A DNA stretch of 33,026 nucleotides. Source: a virus. Taxonomy: Duplodnaviria; Caudoviricetes. The position numbers and the translations under genes are program-made. Location of the stretch: IMG/VR virus record IMGVR_UViG_3300043620_000029, positions 1 through 33,026 of that record; one strand, written 5' to 3'. Shown one piece after another: positions 17,847 to 26,389 of the stretch. Under the pieces are notes generated by a model. It saw nothing but the letters and a program-made list of their open reading frames with translations, searched no databases and was not told where the DNA came from. The stretch's first letter is position 1, and every line of letters begins with the position of its first letter.

Positions 17847-17877
17847 TAAAAACAGGAGACGGATCCTTCCGTCTCCT
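17847..17877 (-). terminator. Intrinsic terminator after capsid genes
   Basis: Perfect 10-bp stem AGGAGACGGA/TCCGTCTCCT (17854-17877), 4-nt loop, followed on the minus strand by GTTTTT. Confidence 0.8.
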
Positions 17878-17890
17878 CATTCGGAACTTT

Positions 17891-18907
17891 TTAGTTTTCC
17901 AATTTATAAGCCATCCAATTGATCTGATCCGCCGCTGATCCTGCAGGAGAATTGGTTCCCGCTGCTGCGAATAAATACGGTGTGAATTGTCCTGTATGGA
18001 AAGGAGTTTTTTGGAACTCATAACCAGTTTGAACTAATGACACTGGATCAAATGCTGTCTTAGATCCTGCAGGTGCCAATGTCGCAAATAATTGCGCTGT
18101 TGGAGACGCTGTAGAAGCTGGGAAAGCAAAAGCTGTGAAAGCAGAACTGTCAATATCTACAGTTAACGTGTAGTTAGTAGCTGAAATAGCTAAAATGGTA
18201 CCAGTAAGCTGATTCATTTGAGTCATTCCAAAAGAAGAAGGAATGCTAAAGTGAATTTTGTTACCAACAACATAATAAGGTGAAGGATCAACTGATGTTC
18301 TAACTACAGCTTGTACGGCTTGGGTGATCTCTGTGATGTAAAGCATCTCAGGATCAACAGCTGCAAATTTGGAAATACGTCTAGTATTACCAGCAGTAGC
18401 GGCCGCTGCAAAACCTGCAGCTCTCAAACCGATAAGAGTATATCCGGAACCGGATACGGTTGAGATTTGGAAAGGCATTCCAGCGATCTGCAACATACCT
18501 GTCGTGTTGTAAATTCTAACAATATCATTTTCAGAATATGTGTTAGTTTGAGATACAACAGCAGGAGAAGCAGCAGTGATAGCAGTAATTGCATTAGCCG
18601 CTTGTGCTTCAACATATGGGCTTACTGTTATATAAGTAAAACCATCTCCAGCAGTGGAGTTCGAGAATTTGTCAATCAGGATAGCTGAGCTACCTGCTTT
18701 TTTCCATCTCAAACCATCATTAAGTGGGGATGCACCTGCACCAAATTTTGGTCCAAACCATTCACCACCTACACAAGCAGTAGGAGATGCTGCGCTTAAT
18801 TGAGTCACGTTCCAAAATCTTACATAATCCGCAGAGCTTGGAAGTGGGATTCTTACTCCGACACCTGCCGAAGTAAAAGTATCACCTGTTAAAATTGTAA
18901 AAGGCAT
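17891..18907 (-). CDS. Capsid-associated/decoration protein with two FCCH-like beta domains
   Basis: Two IT.IT.A..AVV...GM.Q repeats. Directly after the MCP gene and before a terminator. Confidence 0.6.
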   Translation of the reverse strand: MPFTILTGDTFTSAGVGVRIPLPSSADYVRFWNVTQLSAASPTACVGGEWFGPKFGAGASPLNDGLRWKKAGSSAILIDKFSNSTAGDGFTYITVSPYVEAQAANAITAITAASPAVVSQTNTYSENDIVRIYNTTGMLQIAGMPFQISTVSGSGYTLIGLRAAGFAAAATAGNTRRISKFAAVDPEMLYITEITQAVQAVVRTSVDPSPYYVVGNKIHFSIPSSFGMTQMNQLTGTILAISATNYTLTVDIDSSAFTAFAFPASTASPTAQLFATLAPAGSKTAFDPVSLVQTGYEFQKTPFHTGQFTPYLFAAAGTNSPAGSAADQINWMAYKLEN

Positions 18908-18917
18908 TTGTTACTCC

Positions 18918-19874
18918 TTAAAGTCTTTGTGTTACGTTAAGTCCAGAAATCCAGTTTTGGTTTGTAATCGCACGAGCGATAGCAAACTTAGCGTACAACT
19001 GGCTGTTCTGTGCAACGCTAGATACAACATAAGGAGGTCTATATCCTAATATTGCGCTATAGTTGTTCTGATCAATTTTTGCAGCAGCTTCTAGACCAAA
19101 CATAGGAATGGTATAGACAGTATTTCCCTGCATTGAAGCGCCAGGAATTTTTGCAGCTTTGCTAGATACAAAGAAACGGAAACGGCTGACAGAGCAATAC
19201 TCTTCAGGACGTAAGCCATCTTGATGTGGATAAGCATTCTTCAATAGAACACCCTGTATGTTTTGAAGATCAGGTGTAATATCTGTAGAAGCCAAAGCAA
19301 TAAATGCATCACGAACAGGAGCTGTTCCAAACTTGTCCATAGCTTCATTCAATGCAAGCATTGTACGAGCATCGTTACCAAGTAAGATACGTTCGATGTT
19401 GTTCACATCAGCACGTGAAATATCACTTGGCTGGTCACCATTCAATCCACCAACTGCGTTGATGTAAGAAACGGAAGAAGAATAAAGATCTCTCATCAAT
19501 AAGTCTTCTTTTTCGCGGAGCCACTGTCCAAGAAGAGCTGTGAATTTCATTAAGACTTTATCGTTTTCGTAGAGAGTTACCTGCTCATTGATCACTACAG
19601 TCTTAGCATAGATTTCCATTGTTGCATCGATATCAGAACGAACTACAACTTCTGGAGCTGGATCAATACCAGAACCATCAAGTTGACCGCCATCTGTAGA
19701 TAGACGCTCATATCTACTCATACGAGTAGTTTTACCAATGTGTGCTTCAGCATAATGCTTATCGGCACCAAAGGAGTGAATTAAGTTGAACATTGGCGTA
19801 GACAGAAGATCTTCCGAGAATTGTAACGGAAGCTCTGGCGCCATATTATTGATATTTGTGATACCTGTTGCCAC
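18918..19874 (-). CDS. Major capsid protein, N4-gp56-like family
   Basis: G.T.RM.RY..L, DIDATM..Y, LGQW..E..D.L.RD, P.E.CSV..FRF..S, V..I..FG.EA motifs. Start re-called at GTG 19874 after GAAGGT RBS (318 aa). Confidence 0.85.
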   Translation of the reverse strand: MATGITNINNMAPELPLQFSEDLLSTPMFNLIHSFGADKHYAEAHIGKTTRMSRYERLSTDGGQLDGSGIDPAPEVVVRSDIDATMEIYAKTVVINEQVTLYENDKVLMKFTALLGQWLREKEDLLMRDLYSSSVSYINAVGGLNGDQPSDISRADVNNIERILLGNDARTMLALNEAMDKFGTAPVRDAFIALASTDITPDLQNIQGVLLKNAYPHQDGLRPEEYCSVSRFRFFVSSKAAKIPGASMQGNTVYTIPMFGLEAAAKIDQNNYSAILGYRPPYVVSSVAQNSQLYAKFAIARAITNQNWISGLNVTQRL

Positions 19875-19900
19875 GATATTACCTTCAGTAGAGTTGATAA

Positions 19901-19985
19901 TCTTACGTTTCTCGGCGAAAGAAACAAAAATCAGCCTACGTTGGCGAGTCGTGTACAGCCAGGGTTGCGACGCCCTAATACAGCT
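19901..19985 (-). promoter_or_regulatory. Triple GCTG-stem-TCGC-loop element in the capsid mRNA leader
   Basis: GCTG-tatt-AGGG-cgTCGCaa-CCCT; GCTG-tac-ACG-acTCGCcaa-CGT; GCTG-attttt-GTTTCT-tTCGCcg-AGAAAC. Confidence 0.55.
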
Positions 19986-20048
19986 AAATAACACATAACA
20001 AATAAATTATTTATTGTGAACAAATAACTATTTTTATTTCGATTTTTC

Positions 20049-20077
20049 TTCTGAATAAAGAGGTCCGTTTGTATACT
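20049..20077 (+). promoter_or_regulatory. Putative promoter of the ptsN-like gene
   Basis: TTCTGA-N17-TATACT upstream of ATG 20110. Confidence 0.4.
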
Positions 20078-20109
20078 CCCTAAAATCTAACATTTCACGA
20101 GATTTGGAC

Positions 20110-20784
20110 ATGGACTTAAAGCTAAAGGAAGTGGCTGAACTACTTAATGTATCAGAAATTACTATCAGAAGATGGTTGGCTGACGGAAAAATACCCGCTT
20201 ATCGAATCCATCATCAATACAGATTTAGTCGAACCGAAATCGAAAACTGGATCATCAGCCATAGAATAGCATCTTCTGCTCAAGAAGAGACAAAGCTTGT
20301 CAAAACTGAAAATATTAAGAAATTTGGGCTATTTAGAGCGATCAACAATGGCCTTATCTTGGAAAAGATCTATGGAAGTAATAAAGAAGAAATCCTGCAT
20401 TATGCTGCTGCTGAAATAGGAAATCACCTAGGGCAAGACCCTGCTATGTTAAAAGATCTCCTCCTTAAAAGAGAGGACTTACAAACGACCGCCCTAAACA
20501 ATGGTTTTGCTCTTCCTCACACAAGAAATTTTCTTCTCAATGCTAATCAAGACTGTGTTGTTGTTGCATTCCTAAAGAATCCAATCGAATACGATTCTTT
20601 CGATAGAATTCCTGTCAAAACACTATTCTTCCTCTTTGCGTGCGATGAAAGGCGCCATTTAAGTCTTTTGTCTAAAATAGCTAACCTTTGTAATGATGAA
20701 AAGAACCAGAAGTTCATTCACTCACATCCTTCTAAAAAGTTATTTTTAGACTATGTGAAGGATTGGGAAGATAAGATTTATTGA
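20110..20784 (+). CDS. ptsN: Excisionase-type HTH + PTS EIIA(Ntr/Fru-type) fusion, chlamydial PtsN-like
   Basis: EVAELLNVSEITIRRWL..GKIPAYRI..QYRF (HTH). RE.L.TT.L.NGFALPH with the phospho-His, and D..PV.TLFFLFA....HL.LLSKI (EIIA). Ends YVKDWE, as I recall for chlamydial homologues. Confidence 0.85.
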   Translation: MDLKLKEVAELLNVSEITIRRWLADGKIPAYRIHHQYRFSRTEIENWIISHRIASSAQEETKLVKTENIKKFGLFRAINNGLILEKIYGSNKEEILHYAAAEIGNHLGQDPAMLKDLLLKREDLQTTALNNGFALPHTRNFLLNANQDCVVVAFLKNPIEYDSFDRIPVKTLFFLFACDERRHLSLLSKIANLCNDEKNQKFIHSHPSKKLFLDYVKDWEDKIY

Positions 20785-20803
20785 ATATTTTGCAAATAAA
20801 TTC

Positions 20804-21604
20804 TTAGATGTTAACCGAAAGCATTTTTGGAGAAATCACACAACCTATTTTAGAGGACGCTTCATTGAAGTTACGAAAAATCGTCGCTGGGTTAATAGAT
20901 TTATTTTGCCTTCCTAAAAAAACCTTCCCTATCTTTCGTGCGCGTATCAGACTTTTAATATCTTCAAAGACATGTAATGGGTAAGTAATAAGAATAGAAT
21001 CATAAGAAATTAGGCGTTTCTCGAAATCTATATGACAAATATCTAAATTAAGAACTTCTTGCATCACACGACTACCACCAAAATATAAAAGCTTAGCGAC
21101 AAGCTGACAACGGTCATCCAACTTAGTAAGAAATTTAATAAACATATCATAATCTAGCCAACGATTAAGGGTGCGTTGTTTGTCAGGGTCTACAATATCA
21201 GATAGAGGATAGTGAGTGATATTTCTGTTCCAGCTAAAGAAACTCATGTATACCTTCACAAGTATTTCTCTTTCCCAAATTTCTAAATCCTTTCGACAAC
21301 GAATAGCTTCAATTCCATCTAAAATATCTTTATTTGTAATTTCATTAATGGTTATCAGGCGCTCATTGGGATAAGTAAACTTTATTATTTTTTTATCAAG
21401 TAGTAGTTTTGCATAATTTTGGTAATCAAAATCTGAACTTGTTTTTAAACAAACCAAGAATGCCACGAGAAGAGGTTGTTCTCTCATGATTTTAAGTGAA
21501 TTCTGTGTCTCTTTAAATAATCTATCCATTTCCGATTCAAATTCTACAATGGAATTCTCAATTTTTTTCTTTGGAATTGATTTATATAATTCATTAAAAT
21601 CCAT
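20804..21604 (-). CDS. Truncated tyrosine-recombinase-like protein (Pgp7/Pgp8-like C-terminal half, catalytic tail missing)
   Basis: R..LVAKLLYFGGSR..EVL.L....IDF, ITYP..V...I and G.VF..R motifs. Ends ISPKMLSVNI* where H-x-x-R...H...Y would be expected. Confidence 0.65.
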   Translation of the reverse strand: MDFNELYKSIPKKKIENSIVEFESEMDRLFKETQNSLKIMREQPLLVAFLVCLKTSSDFDYQNYAKLLLDKKIIKFTYPNERLITINEITNKDILDGIEAIRCRKDLEIWEREILVKVYMSFFSWNRNITHYPLSDIVDPDKQRTLNRWLDYDMFIKFLTKLDDRCQLVAKLLYFGGSRVMQEVLNLDICHIDFEKRLISYDSILITYPLHVFEDIKSLIRARKIGKVFLGRQNKSINPATIFRNFNEASSKIGCVISPKMLSVNI

Positions 21605-21633
21605 TATGTGCCTTTATAAGGTAGATGCGATAA

Positions 21634-21837
21634 TTATTTTTGTAATATAAGTTCGTATATTTCTTTATTTAATCGCTCTATCCTCTCTTCTTGATAGTTA
21701 TCCCACCGGATATGATTATCGGTGCGAACATCAATAACCCATATTAAAAATAAACATATAAAGAATAAAATAAAAGATATGATCGTGCGCGCACAATGCT
21801 TTTCGTAAAACTTGAATCCTCTCATATTACTTTCCAT
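21634..21837 (-). CDS. Small membrane-anchored coiled-coil protein (67 aa)
   Basis: Start re-called at MESNMR (21837) after a GGAGG RBS. TM segment IISFILFFICLFLIWVI then RIERL..EIYEL. Confidence 0.7.
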   Translation of the reverse strand: MESNMRGFKFYEKHCARTIISFILFFICLFLIWVIDVRTDNHIRWDNYQEERIERLNKEIYELILQK

Positions 21838-21859
21838 AAAACCTCCATGTTTTACGAAA

Positions 21860-21888
21860 AGTTTAATAAAAGTAGAACTTTTTAGCAA
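21860..21888 (-). promoter_or_regulatory. Promoter with palindromic spacer, copy 1
   Basis: TTGCTA-N17-TAAACT. AAAAGT-AGA-ACTTTT at 21868-21882. Confidence 0.6.
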
Positions 21889-21899
21889 GCGATTTTTCT

Positions 21900-22631
21900 T
21901 TATCTAGAGCCTTTCATCACTTTTTGCATGCGCGCCCAGTTGTCAGCCCTTCTCTTATCATCTAACATGATTGGCGCCGTATCTCCTGTCGGAGTTGCTC
22001 CTGGTACTGCCATCGATTGAGGCTTATTGAAGTTGGATTCTGCTTTTTTAGCTTCTTTTTTACTATCCAAATTTGGAACGAATCTCTTAACTGCTTTGTA
22101 GATATTTGCCCATTTGTCATAGCCATCTGGAACATGTTTAAAGGCATTTGCAACTTCAGGAAAATGATACTCGAGATAGTCTAGATTATCTGTAGAACAT
22201 ACTTGATTGAAGTCTTTGTATTCTGAATTTAGCTTCTGGGGATACTCTTGATACTCTTTTTGTCTTCTTGTCTCTTCATATTGCTTCTCTTTAACAGCAA
22301 TAGCAGCTTCTACCTTCTTCTGGATGCGATCATCTTCTGAAAGCTCTTCATCAGATGAATATTGATTTCCATATGATTGCTGTTGAACTGGGGTTTGTTT
22401 ATTTAAAATAGCTTCCATAGCAGCTTTTAGAGCTTGCGCTTCGGCCTCTTTTTCCTTAGCCCTTTTTTCTGCAGCTTCCCTTTCACGGCGATCGATTTCT
22501 CTTTGCTCACGAAATTTTTTCCAGTTTGTTTCCTGCTGATTTTCCTGTACTTCTACTTCATTTTTTTCTGTATTATTTATTTTAGTTTCTTCTACAGTGG
22601 ATTCTTGAGCAACTATTGTTTCCGTATCCAT
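21900..22631 (-). CDS. Putative capsid scaffolding protein
   Basis: Acidic N-terminus, long E/K/R coiled coil, NW..FRE motif and KPQS near C-terminus. Between portal and MCP. Confidence 0.65.
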   Translation of the reverse strand: MDTETIVAQESTVEETKINNTEKNEVEVQENQQETNWKKFREQREIDRREREAAEKRAKEKEAEAQALKAAMEAILNKQTPVQQQSYGNQYSSDEELSEDDRIQKKVEAAIAVKEKQYEETRRQKEYQEYPQKLNSEYKDFNQVCSTDNLDYLEYHFPEVANAFKHVPDGYDKWANIYKAVKRFVPNLDSKKEAKKAESNFNKPQSMAVPGATPTGDTAPIMLDDKRRADNWARMQKVMKGSR

Positions 22632-22644
22632 TTTAAGGACTCCT

Positions 22645-22911
22645 ATGAATAATATTGAGGTTAAAGATAATGAAGAAAATTATAAAAAAGATTTAGCTCA
22701 TTATCGAAAAACGATTTGTTATATGGAGGCTAACGTGCCTATTGAGGTATTATGCCTTCCCACAGTTATCGAGAATGCCCTCATCAATGACGGCCGTCTT
22801 CGTGTCTACGATCTTCTCAATCGTGATCTTGCTAAAATCAAAGGCCTCGGAAGGAATCGTCTCCGTATCCTTACATCCAGCCTTGATGAGTTCCTCACGG
22901 TGAGCATTTAA
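22645..22911 (+). CDS. RNA polymerase alpha-CTD-like (HhH) small protein
   Basis: PIEVL.LP..IENAL...G...V.DLL..DL.KIKGLG...L..L matches the alpha-CTD pattern. AAGGA RBS. Confidence 0.65.
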   Translation: MNNIEVKDNEENYKKDLAHYRKTICYMEANVPIEVLCLPTVIENALINDGRLRVYDLLNRDLAKIKGLGRNRLRILTSSLDEFLTVSI

Positions 22912-23433
22912 ATATTCCTTCTCAGATAGCATCGTGATACCATGTTGTTTTCTGATAAAATCGAAAAAGTAAGTTGGAGTGTTATTAATCCAGCCTTTAG
23001 CTTGTTCGTCAAAACTCCATGAATGAAAAAAGGCATCACTCCATGCTTTCATGGTGAGATACTGCTTATCAACAAAAGATCTTTCAGAAAGCATAGCCAT
23101 AACATCAGCTGGAGGAAGTACCCAAAGCCTTTTAGTGATCTGATCTTTTGATTTGTTATAAAGAAAGACAGCTTGATTAGGTCTTGGAGATGGAAGATAA
23201 AGCATCGCAAAAAACTTTCTGCGCATTACATTCTTAATGAGAGGATCACCGGCTATAACATAACCTACGCAATATTCGTCTTCATTGAATATGTTTCTAT
23301 GACGCTCTGCACATATCATCAATTGAGTACCGATATCATCTGTTAAAGCATGCCCAACTTCTAAATAGTCGTATTTCGTAATATCGCTGGAGGCTTGTAG
23401 GCTAAGCTCTCCAGCGGTTTTTCTTCGTGCCAT
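22750..23433 (-). CDS. Hypothetical phage protein (227 aa)
   Basis: RKTAGEL, RRKF, LPSPRP.Q.VF.Y and LWVLP segments. Translationally coupled to the upstream gene. Confidence 0.75.
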   Translation of the reverse strand: MARRKTAGELSLQASSDITKYDYLEVGHALTDDIGTQLMICAERHRNIFNEDEYCVGYVIAGDPLIKNVMRRKFFAMLYLPSPRPNQAVFLYNKSKDQITKRLWVLPPADVMAMLSERSFVDKQYLTMKAWSDAFFHSWSFDEQAKGWINNTPTYFFDFIRKQHGITMLSEKEYLNAHREELIKAGCKDTETIPSEAFDFSKITIEKIVDTKTAVIDEGILDNCGKA

Positions 23434-23714
23434 TAATGATCCGTTTCGTTTACCTTGTTATACATTTTAGGTCTGTCCCTAGCGCAAATAGGATCGAACT
23501 TAGCTTCTGGTCTATCTATTGGTTGTTGTGCACTGTAATGCATCTCCCAATGTTCACCAGGAATAGCTCTTTTTTCTCCCTTTGCGGGTACACTAGCATC
23601 AGGACCATGATCATCATGATGAATTTTAGGCTCTAATCCTTTTTTACTAAAAGGAGGCCTACCCAAAGGATTAATACCAGGACTACTTTCAGGAGGTCTT
23701 GGTCTACGTGACAT
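23433..23714 (-). CDS. Hypothetical Pro-rich protein (93 aa)
   Basis: ORF track. AAGGGG RBS. Operon packing. Confidence 0.6.
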   Translation of the reverse strand: MSRRPRPPESSPGINPLGRPPFSKKGLEPKIHHDDHGPDASVPAKGEKRAIPGEHWEMHYSAQQPIDRPEAKFDPICARDRPKMYNKVNETDH

Positions 23715-23723
23715 ACGAACCCC

Positions 23724-23906
23724 TTAATATTTCATTTGATGTGTTTTAACAAATTTAGCAAGACTATCAACAGATTTTTTCAAATCTTCTGGGTTTTCCA
23801 TTGTTGATTGACTTGCATATTTTAGATCGCAACATTCTACGTCATTAATGTTTCTTTCGAAGTGTGCCTTTGGCATAATTGCACTTCTCATTCCTTTTTC
23901 TTTCAT
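23724..23906 (-). CDS. Hypothetical protein (60 aa)
   Basis: ORF track. AAGGAGG RBS directly after the portal gene. Confidence 0.65.
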   Translation of the reverse strand: MKEKGMRSAIMPKAHFERNINDVECCDLKYASQSTMENPEDLKKSVDSLAKFVKTHQMKY

Positions 23907-23917
23907 AATAGCCTCCT

Positions 23918-25945
23918 TTAGGCTGATTGTGTTGTTAATTGATTATTTGATGCTTTAATCGCTTGAGCCATCTCCCAAGAACTTTTAAAGTTAGCAAAAT
24001 CCATGTCTTCAAGTTCAATCATCATTTTCACCAGGTTCAAGTCGGCTTCTGTGCGTTTATGTTCGGATTCTGAGTGGAGTTCATCTGTTTTAGCTAGTTT
24101 CTCTTGAGCACTTGCTAAAAGCTCTTTTTCACGAGCTAGATCGCTTCTAGACTTGGCTTGTTTAGCCATAATATCGGCTTGATCTTTCTGCTGTTGCTGT
24201 TCAGCTTGCGCTTGTTCGGCTTGTTGTTGCTGTTGTTGCATCTCTTCCATATCTTGCATTACTTGTTTCTTATTAGTAATGAAAGCAGCGCGAAGGATAG
24301 ATTTATCAGGGATTGCCATGCCAAGTTCTTTGAAGTGCAATAGCTGTTGTAACTCCATTTGCCTCTGTGTCGTTGAATAATTACCCTCTTCGACAGAGAC
24401 GGAATATTTGAGCGCATGGGATGTGAAGAATTTCTCTTCTGGTTCATGGCCGAGGATGTTGCGGATTTTACCTTTACTGAAGTTCTTGCGAATTGCTTGT
24501 AATCTAATCTTCCCGTAAAGGCGTTGAGTATAGTCAAGCTTATCGAATATCGTTTGAAGGGTCGTAAGTCCGGCCCCTTGGCGTAACATTGATAAAATTC
24601 CAGATTTATCGTCTGTCGCTGCTCCCAAAAGCTCTTCATTCACACCTGATATTTTAGTTATGTCTTCGGATAAACTAGCTGATAATTCCATCAATGACTG
24701 AGGGATTGGAGCCGCTTCTATACGTTGTATCTCTTGCGGTAAATGCCCGGATTTAAGAGGGATTAAAAATCCCTGACCGGATTGCCTAAATGCTTTTGGA
24801 TCTGTAACCGAATCAATTGGGTAGATCCATCCTGAATTGATTTGAGATTCCAAAATATCAAGCTCGATCACTTTACGACGATTATATAGATATTGAGCAT
24901 CTCTTAGGTTTCGTACAATCCCTTGCTGTCTCCATGCATAGGATTGAATATCCGGCTCATGGTAGCAAAGGGTGGGGACAAATGGATATGGATCTATCTT
25001 AAGAAGATTCTGACCGTCATAGAGAACTTTATCCCCTATTTTAATGGCAAGTTTAACGGTTGGCACTTGAACTTCTTTAACCATTAGCCAAGGCTGTTGT
25101 GCTAACACTCTTTGCATCATATCCGGTCCGTCTTCTTCATCGTCATCCCACTCAACAGCTTCACCAGATTTTGGATCCAATATGATCTTGGAAGTGCGTG
25201 TTGTTCTGTAATGGAACTCGTCATATGCAAATAGCTGATTGGTGTCTAGATTCAATAGCTCTGCTTGTAGAGGGAATCTACCATCTTTGAGACCAGATGG
25301 TCGCATCTTATCAATCTCTTTAGCATGGCCAGGTAAAAGAGCTTTAGCAGCAGTCTTCGTTACCCACCTTCTACGCCAAATAAAAGAGCAGTCAGTAAGA
25401 TCCTGCTTCCTGTAGTAAGGATCGATAAGATAGTTATTATAAGAAACTTGATCAGTGAAAAGATCGCCAGAAATAGGATCAAGAGTATAATCGGGATAAA
25501 GATGTAATAGATTGCTACCCACATCAACAGCCCCTTCAAAAGACTGGGATAAGTATTCTTGGAATCCATCTCTCTCTTCACTCCATTTTAATACTTTGTT
25601 GTAATCATCAGATAAGCTGTCATCTTGACCATTAGGTAAAGTGACAGTTGATTTTCTGTTCTTTCTTTGATAACCGCAGATCATGTTGACATGACGACGA
25701 ATCAGGTTAAAAAAGAACCGACGAGACTGTGTGTACTGTTGATCACCATAGATCATAGACCATAAGGTTTGATCACCAACCTTAAACCGCTTGTCAATAG
25801 CTCCTTGCTGCCAATATGCTGCATTTGCTGGGTAGCTAGATTGATAGTAATGATCCATCATCTGCTTGATATTCTTAGCGTTAACATCGCTAGCATCAAT
25901 GTAACCTAAGCCAGATCCAGATCCTTCCGAGTCGTATGAGCCCAT
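23918..25945 (-). CDS. Portal protein, P22-like
   Basis: 675 aa. FNLIRR.VN.I.GYQR.NR, YPFVP, GIVRNLRDAQ..YN.R, ISGVNEELLG...SG and a Q-rich C-terminal barrel helix. Confidence 0.9.
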   Translation of the reverse strand: MGSYDSEGSGSGLGYIDASDVNAKNIKQMMDHYYQSSYPANAAYWQQGAIDKRFKVGDQTLWSMIYGDQQYTQSRRFFFNLIRRHVNMICGYQRKNRKSTVTLPNGQDDSLSDDYNKVLKWSEERDGFQEYLSQSFEGAVDVGSNLLHLYPDYTLDPISGDLFTDQVSYNNYLIDPYYRKQDLTDCSFIWRRRWVTKTAAKALLPGHAKEIDKMRPSGLKDGRFPLQAELLNLDTNQLFAYDEFHYRTTRTSKIILDPKSGEAVEWDDDEEDGPDMMQRVLAQQPWLMVKEVQVPTVKLAIKIGDKVLYDGQNLLKIDPYPFVPTLCYHEPDIQSYAWRQQGIVRNLRDAQYLYNRRKVIELDILESQINSGWIYPIDSVTDPKAFRQSGQGFLIPLKSGHLPQEIQRIEAAPIPQSLMELSASLSEDITKISGVNEELLGAATDDKSGILSMLRQGAGLTTLQTIFDKLDYTQRLYGKIRLQAIRKNFSKGKIRNILGHEPEEKFFTSHALKYSVSVEEGNYSTTQRQMELQQLLHFKELGMAIPDKSILRAAFITNKKQVMQDMEEMQQQQQQAEQAQAEQQQQKDQADIMAKQAKSRSDLAREKELLASAQEKLAKTDELHSESEHKRTEADLNLVKMMIELEDMDFANFKSSWEMAQAIKASNNQLTTQSA

Positions 25946-26020
25946 TAAATTGACCTATTAAAATATTTAATCCCACCATGGAGGATCTTTATTTTAATTG
26001 CAATATTAGTTGTGCTGTTT

Positions 26021-26320
26021 TTATTTGTTTTTTTGTAGACAAAGTTGTTCGGCTAGTTCATATGATATTTTGAGCTTTCTCATGATCAAAGATGGACTGA
26101 GTTGACCATGGAGTTTTGTTAGATTTTCTAACATTTGATCCATTGGAGTCTCATTTTTCGTAAGATTTTCTAACATATCTCGCTTGATAGCTCTGGATTC
26201 AGCCATATTAACACGGTAACATTCTTGACAGAGGATAGGAAGACCGTATCTTTCTCGCCTATTTGCTTGGATAGATGATTCACTGAATCTGAATTTACAT
26301 TGCGTGCAAAGATCTTTCAT
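26021..26320 (-). CDS. Zn-ribbon protein with FtsK-gamma-like winged-helix tail (99 aa)
   Basis: Start re-called at MKDLCTQC. CxxC...CxxC. MLENLTK occurs twice. SPSLIMRKLKISYELAEQL resembles FtsK-gamma S.S.LQR.LRIGY.RA. Confidence 0.55.
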   Translation of the reverse strand: MKDLCTQCKFRFSESSIQANRRERYGLPILCQECYRVNMAESRAIKRDMLENLTKNETPMDQMLENLTKLHGQLSPSLIMRKLKISYELAEQLCLQKNK

Positions 26321-26351
26321 TCTGAATTTCCTTTTTAAGCAAATGAGGATG

Positions 26352-26379
26352 TATATATAATACATATATAACATATATA
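26352..26379. repeat. Three YATATA hexamers at 11-bp spacing
   Basis: TATATA 26352, CATATA 26363, TATATA 26374. Same motif and phase as the arrays around parA. Confidence 0.5.
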
Positions 26380-26389
26380 TCAACAGAAC

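Noticed and set aside
17824-18021. 65-aa ORF as a frameshift extension of 17891-18907
   Set aside because: It crosses a clear terminator and I see no convincing slippery site or RBS.
19875-19994. 40-aa N-terminal extension of the capsid protein in the ORF track
   Set aside because: A GTG with a good RBS lies at 19874, and the extension coincides with the structured leader.
20804-21604. Functional prophage integrase
   Set aside because: Lacks H-x-x-R, the second His/Trp and the catalytic Tyr. No att site or host junction is visible.
25975-26003. Portal promoter TTGCAA-17-CATGGT (minus strand)
   Set aside because: The -10 match is too weak to call in AT-rich DNA.
26321-26383. MIYMLYMYYIYI N-terminus of the 120-aa ORF, and ORF 30905-31093
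   Set aside because: These are translations of the TA-rich repeat arrays. The better start is ATG 26320.
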